DNA of 51,921 bases. Origin: Chiloscyllium plagiosum. Its lineage: Eukaryota. Position numbers and translations under genes: made by a program. Shown piece by piece: positions 13,501 through 28,500 of the stretch (positions are counted from its first letter, which is position 1; each line of letters opens with the position of its first letter). The notes under the pieces were generated by a model that worked only from the letters and a program-made list of their open reading frames with translations, had not been told where the DNA came from and ran no database searches. The DNA is taken from positions 4,371,603 to 4,423,523 of the forward strand of contig NC_057756.1 in the NCBI RefSeq assembly GCF_004010195.1. Direction: 5' to 3'.

Positions 13501-16500
13501 TGTCTTTGGGTTTACTTTTTTTTTTGCCAAGGGAATGTTTATAGGGATGGTGCAAGTAATTGGAATGCCATCCTTAAGTTGTGAAAGAGGCAATTGCTTT
13601 TCAGAAAGGTCAATTTCTTCTAAATTCAGTTCTCTTTTGTTCGTGTTTCATTCAGTAATCTTTAATTAACTTCTGGTTTATTTAATATTAAGTGGTTGAC
13701 CAGCTGTATCACTGCTGGAATGTCCGCTGTACACCAGTTTACAACAAAGAAAAACGTTACGTCCTGGATTACCATCTTCAGATATTTTGAGGGGATGTGA
13801 CCTGGTCCTTAACAGTTGGAAATCAACAACAAAGGTTCGAGGAAGCACTTTTAATATAAGTTTTTTTTTAAATTGTTTCAGGAATTTCGTGTGCATTTTG
13901 CCTCAGCGGTTTACACTGGTGCCTCACAATGCCAGGGACCTGGTTTCGACTCCAGCCTCGGGCGAATGTCTGTGTAAAGTTTGTACATTCTCCCAGTATC
14001 TATGTTGCTTTCTTACGGGTGCTACGGTTTCCTCCTACAGTCTGAACATGTGCAGTTTAGGTGAATTGGCCATGCTAAGTTACCTATCGTGTTCTAGGAT
14101 GTGATGGTTAGTTGCATTAAATCAGGTGTAAAAGGATAGGGAAATTGGGCTGCCTGGGATACACTTTGGGGTATCGGTATGGATGTGTTGGGCCAAATGG
14201 CCTACTTTCACACTGCAGGGATTCTATGATTCCATGGTTCTGTGAATACATGAATTGTAATGTTTTACTCTTACTTTTTCGAAGGTATTTGCAAATAAAT
14301 TTTAAGGTTTTAACTTTGACAGCTTTGCAGATATGCTGGTACATGAATTTTAATTTATTCATACCACTTTAAGGAAGTTAACTTCAATTATTTGCATGAG
14401 TTTGCAATAATAAAAGATGTGTATATGTCCATGCACTTAAGTAAAGTTTGTGAAGCCCATTTTGTTTCTTATTATTGCTGGAAACCCTACAGTCTGCAAT
14501 TTGTCTTCTTAGTGCTATGGTAGAAATATGGCAAATAATGATTAATCGCATTTTTTTTCTTCTTGAACGAATGGGAAGCAATATGCATTTGAGCTAGGCC
14601 AACGATAATCAGAAACTTTAAGAAATAACTTTTGTACTCCTTGTCTTGTAGTGTTATGTTCTCACTGAAGTGATGAAATGTCTCCTTCAGCCAGCCAGTT
14701 GGAGAAAAAGTTTGAGTTATCCCTAGCTGCATCATTTTGAATCTACGCCAGCATAATCATGAGTGAGCTTTGTCAGTCTCACAGAGACCGACCCAAAAGG
14801 ATGTTGATTTTGCTTTCAGTTGGTACTTGCTTTAGGAGGTTGGAGATGAAGGGTTGGGGTCTCTGCTGCTAGAGTGAAGTTTTAGACAAAGAGACTTCCT
14901 CTGAAAATACGTCTCTTTTTTTTTTCCTTTTCTTTCAACTGGAATGGAGAGAAACAGTACAGGAGAATAATGAATGTGTTTGACTACCTTTGCCAAATGT
15001 TTGTGTTTGTGATGTTGTTTATTTTGGAATACTTGATAAATGGTTATTAATTAACACCTAACTTTGTTTAGTATCACAATGGAGTAAAGTTACGACAAAT
15101 CTCTTTTTTTGGTGTATTTTAACTGTGTTGTAAGAATAATGTTTGGTTGGTAAAATTTTCGTGATAGACTAATAGAATCATATCTGAAATATTTGAGCTA
15201 ATACACTTAGGCGGGCCTAGTCTATTCTGGTCCATAACAACTCTCTGATATGATCTAATAACGAGTTAATTAATCATTTGAGAAGAAATAAAGCAGAAAA
15301 TGGCAGGATAGTATGAAAATGGTAAGTTCGAAAGTGGAATATACAATCACATTTGAAGTGATCTGATCTAGGTGTCGGTTTCTATAAAATAAGAGAGATA
15401 CTGGGCGTGTTTGAAGCGGATGGAGTTGTTTGGGACAGGAATTCGCGTTGTGCTGAATGGGAAATAATAACTGACATTTCAAATTCTGCTATTACAGATC
15501 TTGTAACTTGCAAAGAAACTGTCAAGAATTTAGGTGGGGAATGATTCCATTCGCTTTATATCACTGCTGCTTAATATCACTGTTAAACTTGAATCTTTCT
15601 AAAAATAAGACAGGTGAAAAATATTCACATCACAACTGTAGTTTTGTCCAGATCACAGAATCGTTCACAACAAGGTGCATTTTTATAACTGGTGTTCATT
15701 GTTTCCTTCTTCTATGAAATTACCATATCTCCTGAATGTTTCCCTCACAAGCGTGTATACCAACGTTCCCAGTTATGTGGTTTGTTGCTCCAAACCAATT
15801 TTGTTTTCATAATTAGCTTAAATAAGCAAACCTCTGAAGATTAACTTTTTAAACCGTGGCATCAGTTGAATATGCCAGACTTTCTTTCAGCATCACCGAC
15901 GGTAATAATTTCGAGGTCTTGTCTATTTTAACTAGAGGGTGTTCAAATTTGAGTATATAATAATTGCATTCGGAATCCGTACAGTATATATCCTTTGAAA
16001 CCTAAACGTGTTTCAAAGATTTTGCCAAGGCGCCTTCTTGTATATGGATACTTACATCGCTGAATACATATTAAAATTATTTTGATCAAATGTCCATTGA
16101 TATCTGTATGTTGAGAAAGAAAGATTCAGCAATAGTCACCATCAATAGTAAATCAAGAATAATATGGAGTTGACTCTCAAACGATTCACTATGGCTGTGA
16201 AAATTGGTGAAAATTATCCACGGTGCCTTGCCCTCAGCCTTTGAAGTAGAAGAGGTTTCACTCAAGTCCTACTTCTGAAACTGGTTTTTGATGCTCTTGT
16301 TCAGATAAAATTGTCAAAAATTGCAATTTGCAATTCCAAACAAACAATCACATGTAACAGTAGGATTCATTGGCATTCAACTATATGGTATAAAAAAACG
16401 GATTACCTGAGTGCAGCTCGTTTCAGTGCCATGTTGTCACTGTCGCGAGTTAGCTAAACTGGGGCCTAATTCCTTTAAACATGAATCGTTATGTCCTGAC

Positions 16501-19500
16501 ACATTTGTTTCTGTCTTCCATGTCGAAAATAGGGAAGATCATTATTTATAATGTACATGATCACGTTAAGAATTTGCAGAGAAACGTCCTTGAAAATATA
16601 AGTTTAATACTACCAAGTTACAATGCTAAACTAACGCGATATCAGTTTGGGTTCTGTAAAGATAATGCTGACAAAATTACAATTGCATTCAAAAGTAAAT
16701 TATCTACAATTTATCGTGCCTTGTCAACAGAGCAAAGGCTTGCAGACAAAGATAAAGGTAGGCATTTTTTTTTTTAAAAAAAGAGGCCTTTAAATTTACA
16801 CTTGTTTTAAAATGTATTTCGAAGTAGGTGCAACGAAATTGAACAGAAAATGAAGTGGGAAACTTTTTTCAATTATATCAAAATTGTAAAAAATATAGAA
16901 GACATGCAAAGATAATGCAAGATAAGTCGTAACACTCTTCATGATGAGATATATCATTAATGGTCAAGTAATGGCCCAGTGGTGTCATCACTGGTCTGTT
17001 AATCCAGAGTCCCAGAAAATGCTTTGGGGAGCTAGGTTCGCAGATGGTGAAATTCAGTTTCAAAAATGGAATTTTACGTCTAAATATGAGAAGGAAACGC
17101 TTGTAAGTAACAAAAAAATAAATAAATCTGCCATCCTTACCTGGTCTGGCCTCCATGTGACTCCAGAGCCTCAACAAAGTGATTAAATCGTCACTGCCCC
17201 CGGGAAAACATGGATGGATTTTTAAAAATCCTGGCCTAGTCGGCAATGCCCACATTCCCTGAATGAATTAAATGTAATGAATCCAACTTCGAAATGAATG
17301 TTTCAATCGAACGAAAAATGAATGATGAGAATGTGGAACTTGTCGCTGAATGATCTGAAGGGGAATTATAGGGAAACAAACTCGGAACTAAATGAGGGGG
17401 AAATTGTTCACCCATACTTTCAGATTAATTAGGATATGTAGGAATCATTTATGTTCTATAAAGACGCAGGGAGCAGATGTGATGTAACTTCGGCATTGCA
17501 CAGTATGTGTTATTTGTTTTTCCTATGAACAGCAGAGCTACAATTTATAAGGGTTGGTTCAGAGTCATTCACGAAAGGAATGTCATTTTATTCACATCTA
17601 AAAGAAAAGCAGTTTTCACTGCCACAAACAGGATGCATACTTTCCTGCATTTTGCCTTATATTCCTCTACATTAAACGATGCAGCAAATATTATCAACTG
17701 TATTAGTAACATCGGTTCTTTTTTTCTGATGGAGAAGGATGTGTTTTCTAGGTCAGATACGTAGGCAGGATTGTGCTGATAATCCGCCACCATTACCATG
17801 ACATTTCTGGATTGGAATTGCATTTGCCAAGTTAAGACTTTATATATTTGAGCAGCATTGCATGATAGAATCAACAAAATCTGAAGATATGACCAATCGA
17901 ATGATAATGTTCCACTCCAAAAAGTATTTAGTGTGCACCTGAGAGGAGATGAAATGAAAAAGATGGGGAAACGGCGTCTCATTCATCCTGCGTTGTGAAT
18001 TCACAATTATAAATTACCTATCCACACGTGTCCAAAAAAATTATTTCGTACGTAAATCGACTGTCGAAATGATAGTTGCATAATGTAAACCATATTTCGG
18101 GAATCAAATCAAGTCTATAAAAATATATGCTTTCCAAGTGCGATTTTTAACCTGATTGCCAAATCAATATCAATTCTGCAAGAAGATATAAAGCGATTCT
18201 GAACACCTCCTCGGCAAGATCACTGCCAAAATGTAATTGTCATTTGAACTAAAAGTCAAAACACTTGAAATGAACAATCTTCTTTTTTTTTTAGAAGTTG
18301 TTGAATTTCAGAAGACATGCAGTAAGTAATTGATAGTCTAACAAGAAAACAAGTGTGTAAAACATCTTGTAAAAGCATGTAGAATGCACATTGGCTTTGA
18401 CAAAGCCGTTTATTTCACGTATAAAAATAAGCAGAATAAAACCCTAGAAAATACTTGCTGTTTTATGTTGTCAATTATAATCTCTGAGACACAATATTAT
18501 CTGAAATTTGAAAGTTTCGGCAAAATTGTCATCTGCATCCCATTCAACACATCAGCTGCGTGACTTCAAATTTACAGAAATATGGAAGCAAATTATGGCA
18601 TTAAACTGAAATGAATGCTGCAGTTCTGTAAATTTGCGGAATGGTTTTGAAAGATATAATAGTTTCTGGAGCAGAACAAAAGAGTTTAAGAAAGGAATAA
18701 GACAAAGAGAAATATCGACTCTAGCAGAACGCTCATCCCATAATATAAAATAAATGTTTCTACAAGTTTGCTCAGAGAAACACAGTAACAATAACTAATT
18801 TCTGGAAATGGATCAAACAATAAGACGATGGCTAACGACTTTTATTTTGCTTTCATCGTGACTTTGTGGTGATGGGAGAGATGTGAGAGGGAAACTACGT
18901 TAGAAAAAGTAGGAGAGCAAGCATGATATTCCATAAGTCAATTGCTGCGATTGATGATGAACGTGCCAAATAGAATTGCTCAGAGTACTTGTGATTTTAT
19001 GTGATGCTATCATCACTAAGACAAAGATAATATTACAAACAAAAGATCTGAAAGACGTGTGAAGAAATCCATTTTTTAATTTGAAATTTTTGGAAATAAT
19101 ATGTAACTTGCTACGTATGAGTTTTGAGAAGTAGGGAATATCGAATAACTTAAAAATGTATGTTGAATAGGCATACAACTGGAACAAGCCTGCAAGTTTG
19201 CTGTCGTTGCAATTAGGTTCGATTTGATTATTCTATGGAATGCCAGCTTTGACATTATCGACAAAAATGTATTCTTCCGAGTCAAAGTGATATTTAGGCA
19301 TGATGGGACCATGACAAAAATAAGGTTCCCCAAATTGCTTTATGTGGTAGTTTAATGCAAGTAAATTATTAATTGTTTTCGCTGGAGAGCAACAATTACT
19401 CCCCCTTTGAACAAAACTTCCACTGTCACGAACGACCTTAGAATTTGTTTTTGCTGTAAAGGAAGCACTTTTTTTTTCATTTTGGGTGTTGTTATCACTT

Positions 19501-22500
19501 TTATTTCAATGACGTTTTATTCCAGGTGCAGGACTGTAGGCAGTGATGGGATTCATATAAAGAACGCCACAATAAATAGAAATGACTTTTCTTTTCCCTT
19601 AATGAAATTTAGAAATATCTGCTAAGCTGCCTAAGGAGTTTTTGTAATTTCTCAAATTCCATTTGCACTTTTCCCTTCAAAGTTTGGGAGAAGATTTATA
19701 GCTCGGGTGCTTGTTGTTGTGGTTCTGTTCGACGAGCTGAGAATTTGTATTGCAAACGTTTCGTCCCCTGTCTAGGTGACATCCTCAGTGCTTGGGAGCC
19801 TCCTGCGAAGCGTTTCTGTGATGTTTCCTCTGGCATTTATAGTGATTTGTACCTGCCGCTTCCGGTTGTCAGTTCCAAGATACCGGCCACTGCAGTGGAC
19901 AGGGGACGAAACGTCTGCAACACAAATTCCCAGCTCGGCGAACAAAACAACAACGCCTTTTTCCCACGATATATTAACAAGCCAGCTAAGAAATAATTTC
20001 ACTTATGCCAAATTAACCAGTATTTCCCAACCTTAAATTGTCTCATTTCCAGACAGTTTAGAGGAATAATTTCTAGCTACAAGACAACATACGACTGAGA
20101 GATCTGCATTTGATAGTAAATGTATAGGAAAAATCATATTTTGTCAGTTATTGACAAAAGAGAAGGATCTAAAATTATTTTGAAGTAGTGAAGTAGATAA
20201 TACCATAAGACCTCGGAGCACAAATTAGGCCATTCAGCCTATCGATTCTACTACAAAATTATTCATGGTGAATAGGTTTTTCAAACGCATTTTCCCGCTT
20301 TCTCGCAGTCACTTTTGATCCCCTTGGCAATCAAGAACTTATCTTTCTCTGTTTCAAATATATTGAGTGATCTTGCTTCAAAACCTTTCTGTTCTAATGA
20401 AATCCACAGATTCACCACTGTCTGGCTAAAGAGGTTTCTTTTTACCTCAGTTCTGAAACATCTTTACTTTACTCGATGATTGTGCTCCCAGGTCCTCATC
20501 TGCCTTGCTAATGGAAACATCTTCCCAACGCCCAGACTGCTCCGGTCATTCAGTATTCTGTAAGTTTCAATCAGGTTCCCCCTTATCCATCTAAAGTCTA
20601 TCTCCTCAGAGTCCTCAAACGTTTCTTGTACGTTAAGTCTTTCATTCCTGGGATCACTCTCGTGAATACTGAAAGTGTCCTGCACATGGGTGACTCTACT
20701 GTCCTTAAAATAGTAATTTGTCATGTGATTGTTATTGACTTTTCGATAATATCGGGCACAAGTTGGTTCATTCCAAGTATCTTGAATTATATTAATGGCT
20801 ACATTCAAAAGTACATATAGGCCGTGAAGTCCTTTGGTCCCTAATGTCATCTGTTCATCATCTAATTAGCATTATCTTTTTGCAGAAGTTGAGCTCGAGA
20901 AGAAAGAATCAGGTGAACTGCGTAATTTACATATATTGCTTTCGTAAAACATAGTTAACATCATACAGCACTCGAGTTCTGAGACTGAATCTTGTGATTT
21001 TTCAGACAGTCAGAAAACGTGACGACTCCCAAATCTCGGATGTTATGGACTGTTGCCAAACGTCAGACTAAAAGTTACTTTTTTTTACATTTCAGAAATA
21101 GATTTCGATAGCTAAACTGTGTCTCTCCAATCAGCCAAATACGTTTCAATGTTGTTTGTTGGACTTAGTCTCGTTAAATAACAACACTTAATAGAAACAT
21201 TTTTTCGATGTACTTATTGCTTCAGCTGATACATTAGTAGATGCAATTCATGGAATATTTATTAGATGATGATACGAGGTATTAAGAGAAAGGTATAAAG
21301 GAGACATCAGAGGTAGTTTTTTCACACAGAGAGTTGTGAATGCATGTAATGGAAGCAGAGTCATTAGGGACATTTAAGCGACTGCTGGACATGCAGATCG
21401 ATAGCAGTGAGTTGAGGGGAGCGTAGGTTGTTATTATATTTTACATTAAGAGTAAATCTTGGCATGACATCGTGGGCCAAAGGGTCTGTTCTGGGCTGTA
21501 CCTTTCTATGTTCTATGTTCTATATCATCAGTTTCCCTGCATTCTGATTTCGTGCAAAATGTGAAAACTTATCTATCTTCATCTGTCAAAGTTTGAAGGC
21601 TATTAACAGCGAGGCATGTGCTGCTCGTGTGCCAGCATCAGTCATATTGTGTTAAATATATTTAAAACGTAGACGATGAAAAACAAGCTAAACAGACATG
21701 GCCATTTGATTTCACTTTGTAGAAATCGGAGACTTCAAGACTAAACTTCAAGAGTGCGGTGAGAAAATCACATATATTTTCCTCAATCATTTATGATTAT
21801 GACAATACGTAAAAGTAAATATGGGGTTTCAGTACTGAACTCAATGCATGGATAATTAGCCTGTAACAACTACTAAAAAAATTCTAAAACCGTCATATTA
21901 TCATAGTAGCTAATAATTTTCGGAAAATAACATCAGCCTAAATTTTTGAGATAGCTTTACATAAGTTCTGCTCACTTTCATAAAGTCAGTGTTTATGATA
22001 GGCTCCTGGGATTAAACTCTTTTCACAAATTCAGACATGCGTGACATCGGCCTTGAATGTGATATCGCTTGGTAAGTTTAGCTCCTGGAGATCTTTATTC
22101 CTGGTTCATTTTCCTAGTATTTGATTACATTTAGTGAACTGAACGTTCACGAGACAACTCAGATAAACTACAGGGCTATTTCGTCGTTAGACAAAGACGA
22201 CTGGTGTTTCTTTAATCTTAAGGTCACCACTTCTCAGACGAAAACAAATGTTGGCAGGGATGGTGCGTAATAGAAATCTCAGCGAGTACTGGCATCGAAC
22301 CCAATGCTGTTGGAATGTTTATTATTAAGAAATCAGTCGAACAGTCAAATGAAAACAAAAGCAGCACAGATTTTAAATGAAATGATTTCCAGTAAAATAA
22401 TCTTTTGGTTATATCTGTTCTACATGATGAAATCTCTCGTGTCGACTTGCTTTTGGTCTGTTCAAAACAGACAAAACTGAGAATTGGTTGAGATTGATGC

Positions 22501-25500
22501 TGTTTATAATGAGGCCCATTTTATATTAAACATGAATTGTAATATAATCTGTTTCTCATTTGTGGTGTTGACTAAGATGGTGCACAAAGATAGTGACAAA
22601 TGTGGAAACATTCGTTTCTGAGATCATCTATTAAAATTACAGACTATTTTTAGTCAGGCATGGACGAGTTCAACTGAATGTGAATTGGATGTGTTTTGCA
22701 TGTTGATGTGGGAAGGGACAGGTGAAATAATCTTCAAAGCTAGATAATTCACTGAAATTCTAACCGATGAAATGCAGATACATGTCAGATTGTTAAAGTC
22801 CCATTATGCAATGGTCATTGGATAATAAATGATTGGAATCAATATTAATTTAAGCTGTAAATTGAGATAATAGCAAGTGAAGTACTGAGAGGAAAAAGGA
22901 ATTGCCGTGATGTATAACATAACTACTCTTTGAAAGGACTTCCATCCAGAATGTCTGAGTGCCAGACAAATTGAAATCCATAATGCTTCCGTTCAGAAAA
23001 GTAAATGTGTTATTTAATGCATCTTTCGGTCAAGCTCAACTTTTAGATGTCAAGTATTTTGTTGCGTCCTCCAGAAATTGTTATATTTGGGTGGGTATTA
23101 TGTCGATATTTCTTGATGACAGATACAGGTCCCATCAATTGTATTTGTATATGAGTGGTCATTTGAGTGTGAGTCCGGCTGAGGTTAGGAACTATATGCA
23201 AATGTCTGAACAACCTCAGCAGTGTGGCAGACGTTGGAGAACGAAACAGAGTGAAGAGTTCAGGTTTGAATAAAAATGGTTTGGACATAATGCTATCATT
23301 TGAAGGAAAAGGGGAGAGAGTAAAGAGCATTCATAATCTATTATTATAACTTGGCTCTTCATAATCTCTTCAAATGCGTTTCCTTTTGTTTCTGGACCCC
23401 CTGATGTTGTATATGAGTACAATTTTCATTCCTGCATTCAGGTAGTGCACATGGAGAAACAAAAACCCTCTCCATGTCCATCCTTCTCCAAACAACTTTA
23501 AATCATGGTTTATCTTTTACTTCTTGGCAGATGAGAAATTAAAGGAGAAAACAAAAGGTGATGTTTCTACCTGTTTGTCAGACTTAATACATGTTATGAT
23601 GATAATGCAAAACATTATGTACTGTTTTTTTTAAAATAAATTCGTTTCTCCTTTCACTACAATATTCCTAAAGGGAGGTTCTGAGAAATTACTGCAACAA
23701 CCAACATTTCTGTTAGTTTTTTGGGGGGAGTTGACAGTATAGATACTCAGTAGAAGTTTGAATTTCCAACAGAAGCTGCAAACCTATGCTATTGCAAATG
23801 TGCACTGTAAAATCAGATGCAAGTGCTTTCTTGACTGCAAGCATTAAGTTTTCATACAGCAAGTGTCAAACTTAATATTTCCCTTGTGTACTTATTTATA
23901 TTATAAGAATGTGCAGGTTAAAAAAGAAGTACATAAGTGTAGGATGAATCAGATGACAGTCCTTGTGTGAAGTAAAATAAGATGGAGCAGATGGAGGAGA
24001 AAGTGAGGACTGCAGATGCTGGAGATCAGTCTTGAGTGTGTGGTGATGGAAAAGCACAGCAGGTCAGGCAGTATCCAAGAAGCAGGAGAATCATTGTTGT
24101 TCTAAATGTCGCATTGGACAATATTCAAAACAATGGCGCAAAACAGAAGTTTGAAATTGTACCGTCATTTATTTTCAGGCCTTGTTAAATTTGTAGCTTC
24201 GTTAAATTTGAAAATGTCCTTGCAAATACTGCGCAAGTTTGTGGTTTTATCTGTTTCTGAATGATCAGTCACTGCATTTCAATAACTACTCTACGTCACC
24301 TCGTGCCAATGTACAAGAAGTTTACGCTGTAAGCAGTGTAATTTGCTGCAGTGACTGTCATTTTGTTTAATTTTGAAACTTAAATTTGAATGCTGAAGAA
24401 ATGACAATCTGGGTTGGCAACAGTTCAAGATATCAATGGCAGAGCATCTAGTTCGACCTTTTTCCAACTTTAGTATGAAGGTTTATTAACGCACATTTAA
24501 ATTTGAGTCTGCTTGTGTGAATTTCGGCATTTATCCAATTGCTAGCGTGCATTGATCTAATTATATTTACTTGTTGTCTCTGTAGAAAAAGATATATCTG
24601 TCATTGCAAATTACCTACGACAATGAATAAATGGACATAATAACTATGAGAAAGGTCTGAATATTTTCTGACAAGGAGGAAGTAACATATTTCATAAAGG
24701 TGGATACATGATACAACAGTGTTCTTTATTTTAAGCTTTGGACGAAGAGTGCTGTGGTTGATTTAAACGTCCAACTCTGGGCCTGCCATTAACTGAAAAA
24801 TGGCAAATCCAATACAGACAGTCGACAGACGTATGTTGTAGACATGCTACTGATGAATAACATATAGTCATGAAAAATATGATGCAATCTTTGCTTTCTT
24901 TTTTCAACTTCTGTTGTTCCAGATGAAATCTGCGAATGGAAAGTTTTGATATTCTTTATTAATGTTTCGACGTAGATATGGGAAATGTCATATTGCTGAC
25001 ACAGGGAGATATGCCAAGACTCTACGATCTCTAATAAACATTTACAGAAAGACGTTGTGCAACCTGCAGCTGAAGTGTCAGTGTTCCAGGAGCAACAGGT
25101 CAATGAAGCCTTTGGGGAAAATGAGCTAAGGTGTCCTAATCCATCCTAATTTTGGAACAACCGGAGTAAGTCAGTGAATTAGACACGGCATTGGTCCAAC
25201 TTGGCAAGACGGAGCAGTGAGCAATCAAAAACATAGAAATGCTCATTGTGAGCAAGCACTCTGCACTAACAAATACTTTCAACAAATACTTGGCTAGAAA
25301 GTTGGTCAAAATCTACAGCCTCTCTCTCGACTATATCACTAACAATCAGTTTAAATGCTGTTGTTAAAATATCTGACTGTTCTGTAGTGTTCTTAAAATT
25401 GAAGAGGTTTCACTAAACGTATCTGCTTAAGTGACATCTTGTATTATTTGCAGAACTAAGCACCAACTGGTGGATGGCTGTGCAGTTGTGAAATGAATCA

Positions 25501-28500
25501 TCACAGCCTCGTCAAGGAAGGGAACTGCTGTAAACATTTATAGTGCGGGAGCAAGGTTGAACAGGGTAGAGTTTTCTGCTTCACTTTGAGGAGCAGGATG
25601 TAACTATTTGCACAACCTAACCTCAGGAGATGAAATGGCTGAGTCAGATCCATGATTTGCACACAGACCTGGAAGGGATTCAGCTTGGTAACTTGCCTAC
25701 CAGCTTTGTCATGGTGACGCCTTAAATATATATGACATTCCTGCCATATACAAACTGCCATTTGTATCTTTAATGTGCAGAGGTTTTTTATGAGCTTAAA
25801 AAATAATAAAGAACTGGGTGGGTTGTGCTTCGGCGGGTCAGTGTGGACTTGTTGGGCGGAAGGGTTTGTTTCCACACTGTAAGTAATCTAAGTCTAATTC
25901 TAAAAAATGAATTGCGATTCTACATAATTATTAGTAACGAATCTGACAGAACGTTTGACTTTTTTTTACCTGTTCAGCGCTTAGAATATTAAGTATCTTG
26001 CAATTGGAAGCTTCGGAGCTTTGGAAAATTAAAATGGTATCTGATAGAAAAAGATACAGTTTATGGTGGTAGCGATCATGTGTGAATTCATCAACAATAT
26101 AGCTACTTCTTTTTAATCAAATTTCATACTTCTTAGAAAATTGTGGAACTCGAACAATTTGCTGAATAAGATGGGAAGTGTGTACCTGTTTTATTGCAAT
26201 TCGAAAATGTTTGTCTGCAATAAATATAGCTTTTTGTTTTATCCCGAATGAACAAGAAGATAATTTAGTTTATTATGCAACGTTTGCAAAAATGCATTGA
26301 TGATGAGATAATGGCAGACTAATAAAATCCAGTTTTGCGTATAATATCAGCAAATGAACATGCACAAGGCTGTGCTAAGTAAATATCCGTATTTGAATCA
26401 CGTCTAACCTCTGCACGGCTACTCAATCACTTAATAAATTGTCGCAGACAATTAACTACACAACTATAGTGGATTTCTACATGGATATTAATCCTCAATG
26501 ATGGAAGAAATTGTGTGTTTACTGGAAGACGTACCAAATAGAGATGCCACCTGTTAGTCCCAGGCCAGGATTGGAAAGTAGAACTGTTTTGCCCAGGTAA
26601 TGAGGCTGCTGTCCTAAATTATTCAGAGAATGAAATTGCCACAACGTGACAAACTGCCACTGTAGTGGCTGTGGTTGCAGGATACTACAATTTGCAGCTA
26701 TACGTCATTGAAAAAGGAATGGTTCTCGCTGGAGCGTTTGACACAAATATTTTAAAATGTTTTATCAATTTGCTTCTATGTATTGAAAGAGCAGACGGGA
26801 ATTTACTCAATGCTAATGCTTCTGTTCCTGGTCCAATGCAAACATTCTCTGATAAGGAACAGGTTTTGCTCACAACTTGAAAGATGTGACGGTTCTGAAC
26901 CATTAAAAGATGTATTTTATGCGGATTCTCTTGCAGAGGGATGTTATCACAAAAGTGCAAAAATATTTCCTTCAGATAGGCAATTGGTGAATGTTTTGGA
27001 GATTTCCCCGGGAGTTTTTTTTTCAAAGGGAAGACAAAAAAGTCTTGAATGGGCAGGGTCATGCTTTAGTAGGCGCATAAGACTTTTTTTTTCTTTTAAT
27101 TAGTTGAACAGGTTTATTTTTCTGGCTGCTGGAACTGAAATTTTGAGTTCTCTGCTATCCTAGTGAAGTGTTAAAAGAGAGGCTTCCTCTTAAAAATCAA
27201 AAGGGACTGCTTGTTTCTTTTTGATGTTTAAAGTCACAGGACCATAGAAAAACATTAGATACAGAAAATATTGTGCTGCTGAATTGTCTTTTGCCAAGTG
27301 TATGCTTATGAATGCTGCAAAAATTTGAACAATTGATAAATTATTGTTTGAATTGATTGTTCAGTAATTCAATAATGTAATTTTGTTCCATTTCTTGGTT
27401 TTTTGTCATTTTGACTTCGTTATAAGAATTAAGTTAGTTTTGATTAAAGCTTACTACTGGGCAAATACACTCATATCTGAAACACAAGTCTCACACTTGC
27501 TTTTTAAAAAAAATGCATTTTGTGCCTTGGCTATCTATATTATACACTCTGGCGCGTCCGGTAGGTACCATAACAAAGTCTGGGATGTTTGACTCTTGCT
27601 CCAATTTATCACAACTTTTTCATTTACAGTTTCCACTGAACCATTCCAATACTCATAATTCAGAAGACATCACTGTGATTCGAATAGCTCTAATTGGATG
27701 GATGAATATCGAATGCCCTTTTCTTGTCAGCGGTTCTCATTGTTGGAGTATAGTGAAAACGTTTTTGCAATGTCCGTGTTCTTATGTCGGCATTTTCAGT
27801 ACAAATAACTCGGTAATATTCATGGTCACATCCAAGGAATAGCAGTAGTTGCATTACTTACAGGGTTGTAAAGTAAGTTAAAATGGGACATCATCAAAGA
27901 GTTGACATTGCAATAAATTAGGAAATTTCAAGTAGACATTATAAATCGGCTGCTCAGTGAAGTCTCTCACACATGGTCTGACCATCCATGAAGACCCCCA
28001 GTATAACTGCTGTCCTCTCTTTCCGTAACAGCAGTCAACTGCTGCAAGGAAAGTGCCAGGAATGTCTCCTCTTCGTGAGTCTCTGCTCTGGATTTACTGC
28101 CTGTGCTCTCCTGCAGGCTGCTTCCTTTGGCTGTTTTCCCATGCTGCTCTGTACACTCAGCCCATGCGCTGTGCCAGGACTTGCTGCTCAATCTGTTCTG
28201 AGGCTCGTAGGCAACATGATGTATCGAGGTCACTACTCATGCTGTTCTGGGGCTTGCAAGACACGTGCTATACCAGAACTCGCTGTTCAGGGGTTTGCAG
28301 CTCACAAACTGTATCAGGGCTCACTGTTGGACATGCTGCAGCTCAAGTATTCATCTCTGTTGCTAAGTGGAGAGAAGAAGGAAAAAAGTGAGAAAAAAGT
28401 TATTAAAAGAAAAAGGACTGGTGGCGTCATTTTGGAACGTGGTACTTTCTTTGCGAGTCTACGTAGCTGACATTCTAAGCAAAAATTAAGTAAGCCAGAT

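Noticed and set aside
15307..15321. 15-nt AG..GTAAGT segment
   Set aside because: No pyrimidine tract, and it contains a TAG stop in phase 1
24737..25130. Exon-like segments (ATG GCA AAT..|gtatgt, and an open stretch ICQDSTISNK..ENELR)
   Set aside because: In-frame joins at the obvious acceptors hit stops, the donor is poor, and the peptide does not fit the repeat
27960..28470. 160-aa ORF in a GC-richer patch
   Set aside because: No recognisable domain, several frames are open, and it looks like the non-coding part of an interspersed repeat
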